A DNA stretch of 64,000 nucleotides, from assembly GCF_006345805.1 (NCBI RefSeq), contig NC_042999.1, positions 41,044,001 to 41,108,000 of the forward strand. The letters are read 5' to 3'. The notes under the pieces are model-generated. The model made no database searches. It was given only the letters and a program-made list of their open reading frames with translations, and was not told the DNA's origin. This document shows, piece after piece, positions 62,798 through 64,000 of the stretch. The translations under genes and the position numbers were made by a program. Numbering within the stretch: the stretch's first letter is position 1; each line of letters opens with the position of its first letter. Origin of the DNA: Octopus sinensis (taxonomy: Eukaryota).

Positions 62798-63904
62798 ATA
62801 TTTATAATGTTTTAAATGTATGCATATGTATATAACATAAGCGTTCGTGTATATTTAAAATTGTTTTACTGTTTTATAAATTGCAATAGATGATATCTTT
62901 TTAGGACACATCAATATTTATATTTTGTAAAATATTCATTAAAAAATGAAAGCGTATCACCTGAGAAGTAAGAGCGATAATATCAATGAGTTGGTGCGAT
63001 AAAGTTTAGTTAGTCCGTTAGGATCGTAATATTGATTCATTCAACATTGATATTCTGTATTGATTGGATAGTATCTATTTTCTGTTAAGCTTCGTTATAT
63101 GTTAGAAAGGTGCTAAATGAAAGTGAGGGAAGGAGAGCGAGAAAGAGAGAGAAGTGTGGTGACAGAGAGAGAGAGAGATAGTCATAAATATTCGGTGAGA
63201 GAGAGAGAAGAAAAGCAGTTGAATATAAAATAGAAAGAAAATGGTTAGAGAGAAAGTGAGAGAGAGAGGGGGGGGAGAGAAAAGGAAAAACATAAAATAC
63301 AAAGAAATTCATTGATTCATTGGAGCTAAATAAATAAATAAATAGATAAATACACAAAAGAGCAAAAGCACCAATATATACACGATTCACAACCGGTCTC
63401 ACTGGATATAACAACAATGACAAATCAATCAAACAACCGCTAAAGCCACGAATATTCTCCTTCAACACCACCGTCATCATCATCACCAACGACACGAACA
63501 GTACGGTCAGAAACTTCAACAGAATCATTAACCACCCTTTTTACAACAACTCCAAACAAAGGTAAGAATCGTCAATAACATCGATACTCTAGCTGCATGT
63601 ATAACTAACATCAACAAGAACAACTGCCGGAAACAAGGAAGCAAATAAAACAACCGAAATAGAATACTTAATGTAAGTATGTAAGGAGTTCAGATCTTTA
63701 ACAGTCAAGATAGTGTTCATGAATGATTTCAATTATGCACCACAGTAAACCTTACATAATAAATATTGATAAAAATCTCTTGATATGCTCAAGTTCTGTC
63801 GTATTTTTCTTTTTCTTTGAAATTCAGTTAGTAGTTTGCTGTGTGCATTTCTGATAATGCTCTTATCGCTACGATGGCCGGCAATAATCCTTTATGCCTG
63901 GAAT

Positions 63905-64000
63905 TTTCCCTAGAAAAGGGTTAGTAAACTACGTCGAACCCAGTGTTCAATTGATACATATAGCGTCGACCCCTAAAGGGATGAAAGACAAAATCGACCT
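63905..64000 (-). mobile_element. SINE B, diverged, cut by the window edge
   Basis: ctacgtcgaacccagtg...gtcgacccctaaagggatgaaagacaaaatcgacct. Confidence 0.75.

Noticed and set aside
63349-63561. Open frame ending at a strong donor AAG|gtaaga
   Set aside because: There is no acceptor or ATG, and the A/C-rich composition keeps frames open by chance.

Overview
AT-rich animal genomic DNA that is almost entirely non-coding: roughly 45-50 SINE copies or fragments, several DNA transposons and Helitrons, LINE relics and many simple repeats. The repeat families look to me like octopus (Octopus sp.); this is recognition from memory, not a database result. No intact gene, RNA gene, CRISPR array or prokaryotic feature is supported, and nearly all listed ORFs are translations of microsatellites. 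I use working names for four tRNA-headed SINE types: A (internal microsatellite), B (old B1 tail, young B2 tail), C and D. Clearly supported elements are a full-length dead mariner (15833-17075), an internally deleted mariner (20545-21081), two classic non-autonomous Helitrons (11025-11422, 46203-46582), pogo/Tc1-type MITEs, R4/Dong-like LINE relics (about 24.7-30.3 kb) and an L1/Tx1-like LINE 3' fragment (48281-48689). The most coherent signal is a small retroposon system. The young SINE B2 ends in about 30 nt resembling the 3' end of the Tx1-like LINE, prefers g(g/a)ta target sites, forms arrays with a 183-184 bp period and an identical junction, and has twice hit the same site in SINE A. 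SINEs C and D swap 3' tails. A sparse chain of small + strand exon candidates, including an 18-nt microexon, is possible but unproven. All alignments, identities and coordinates were read by eye and may be off by a few bases.
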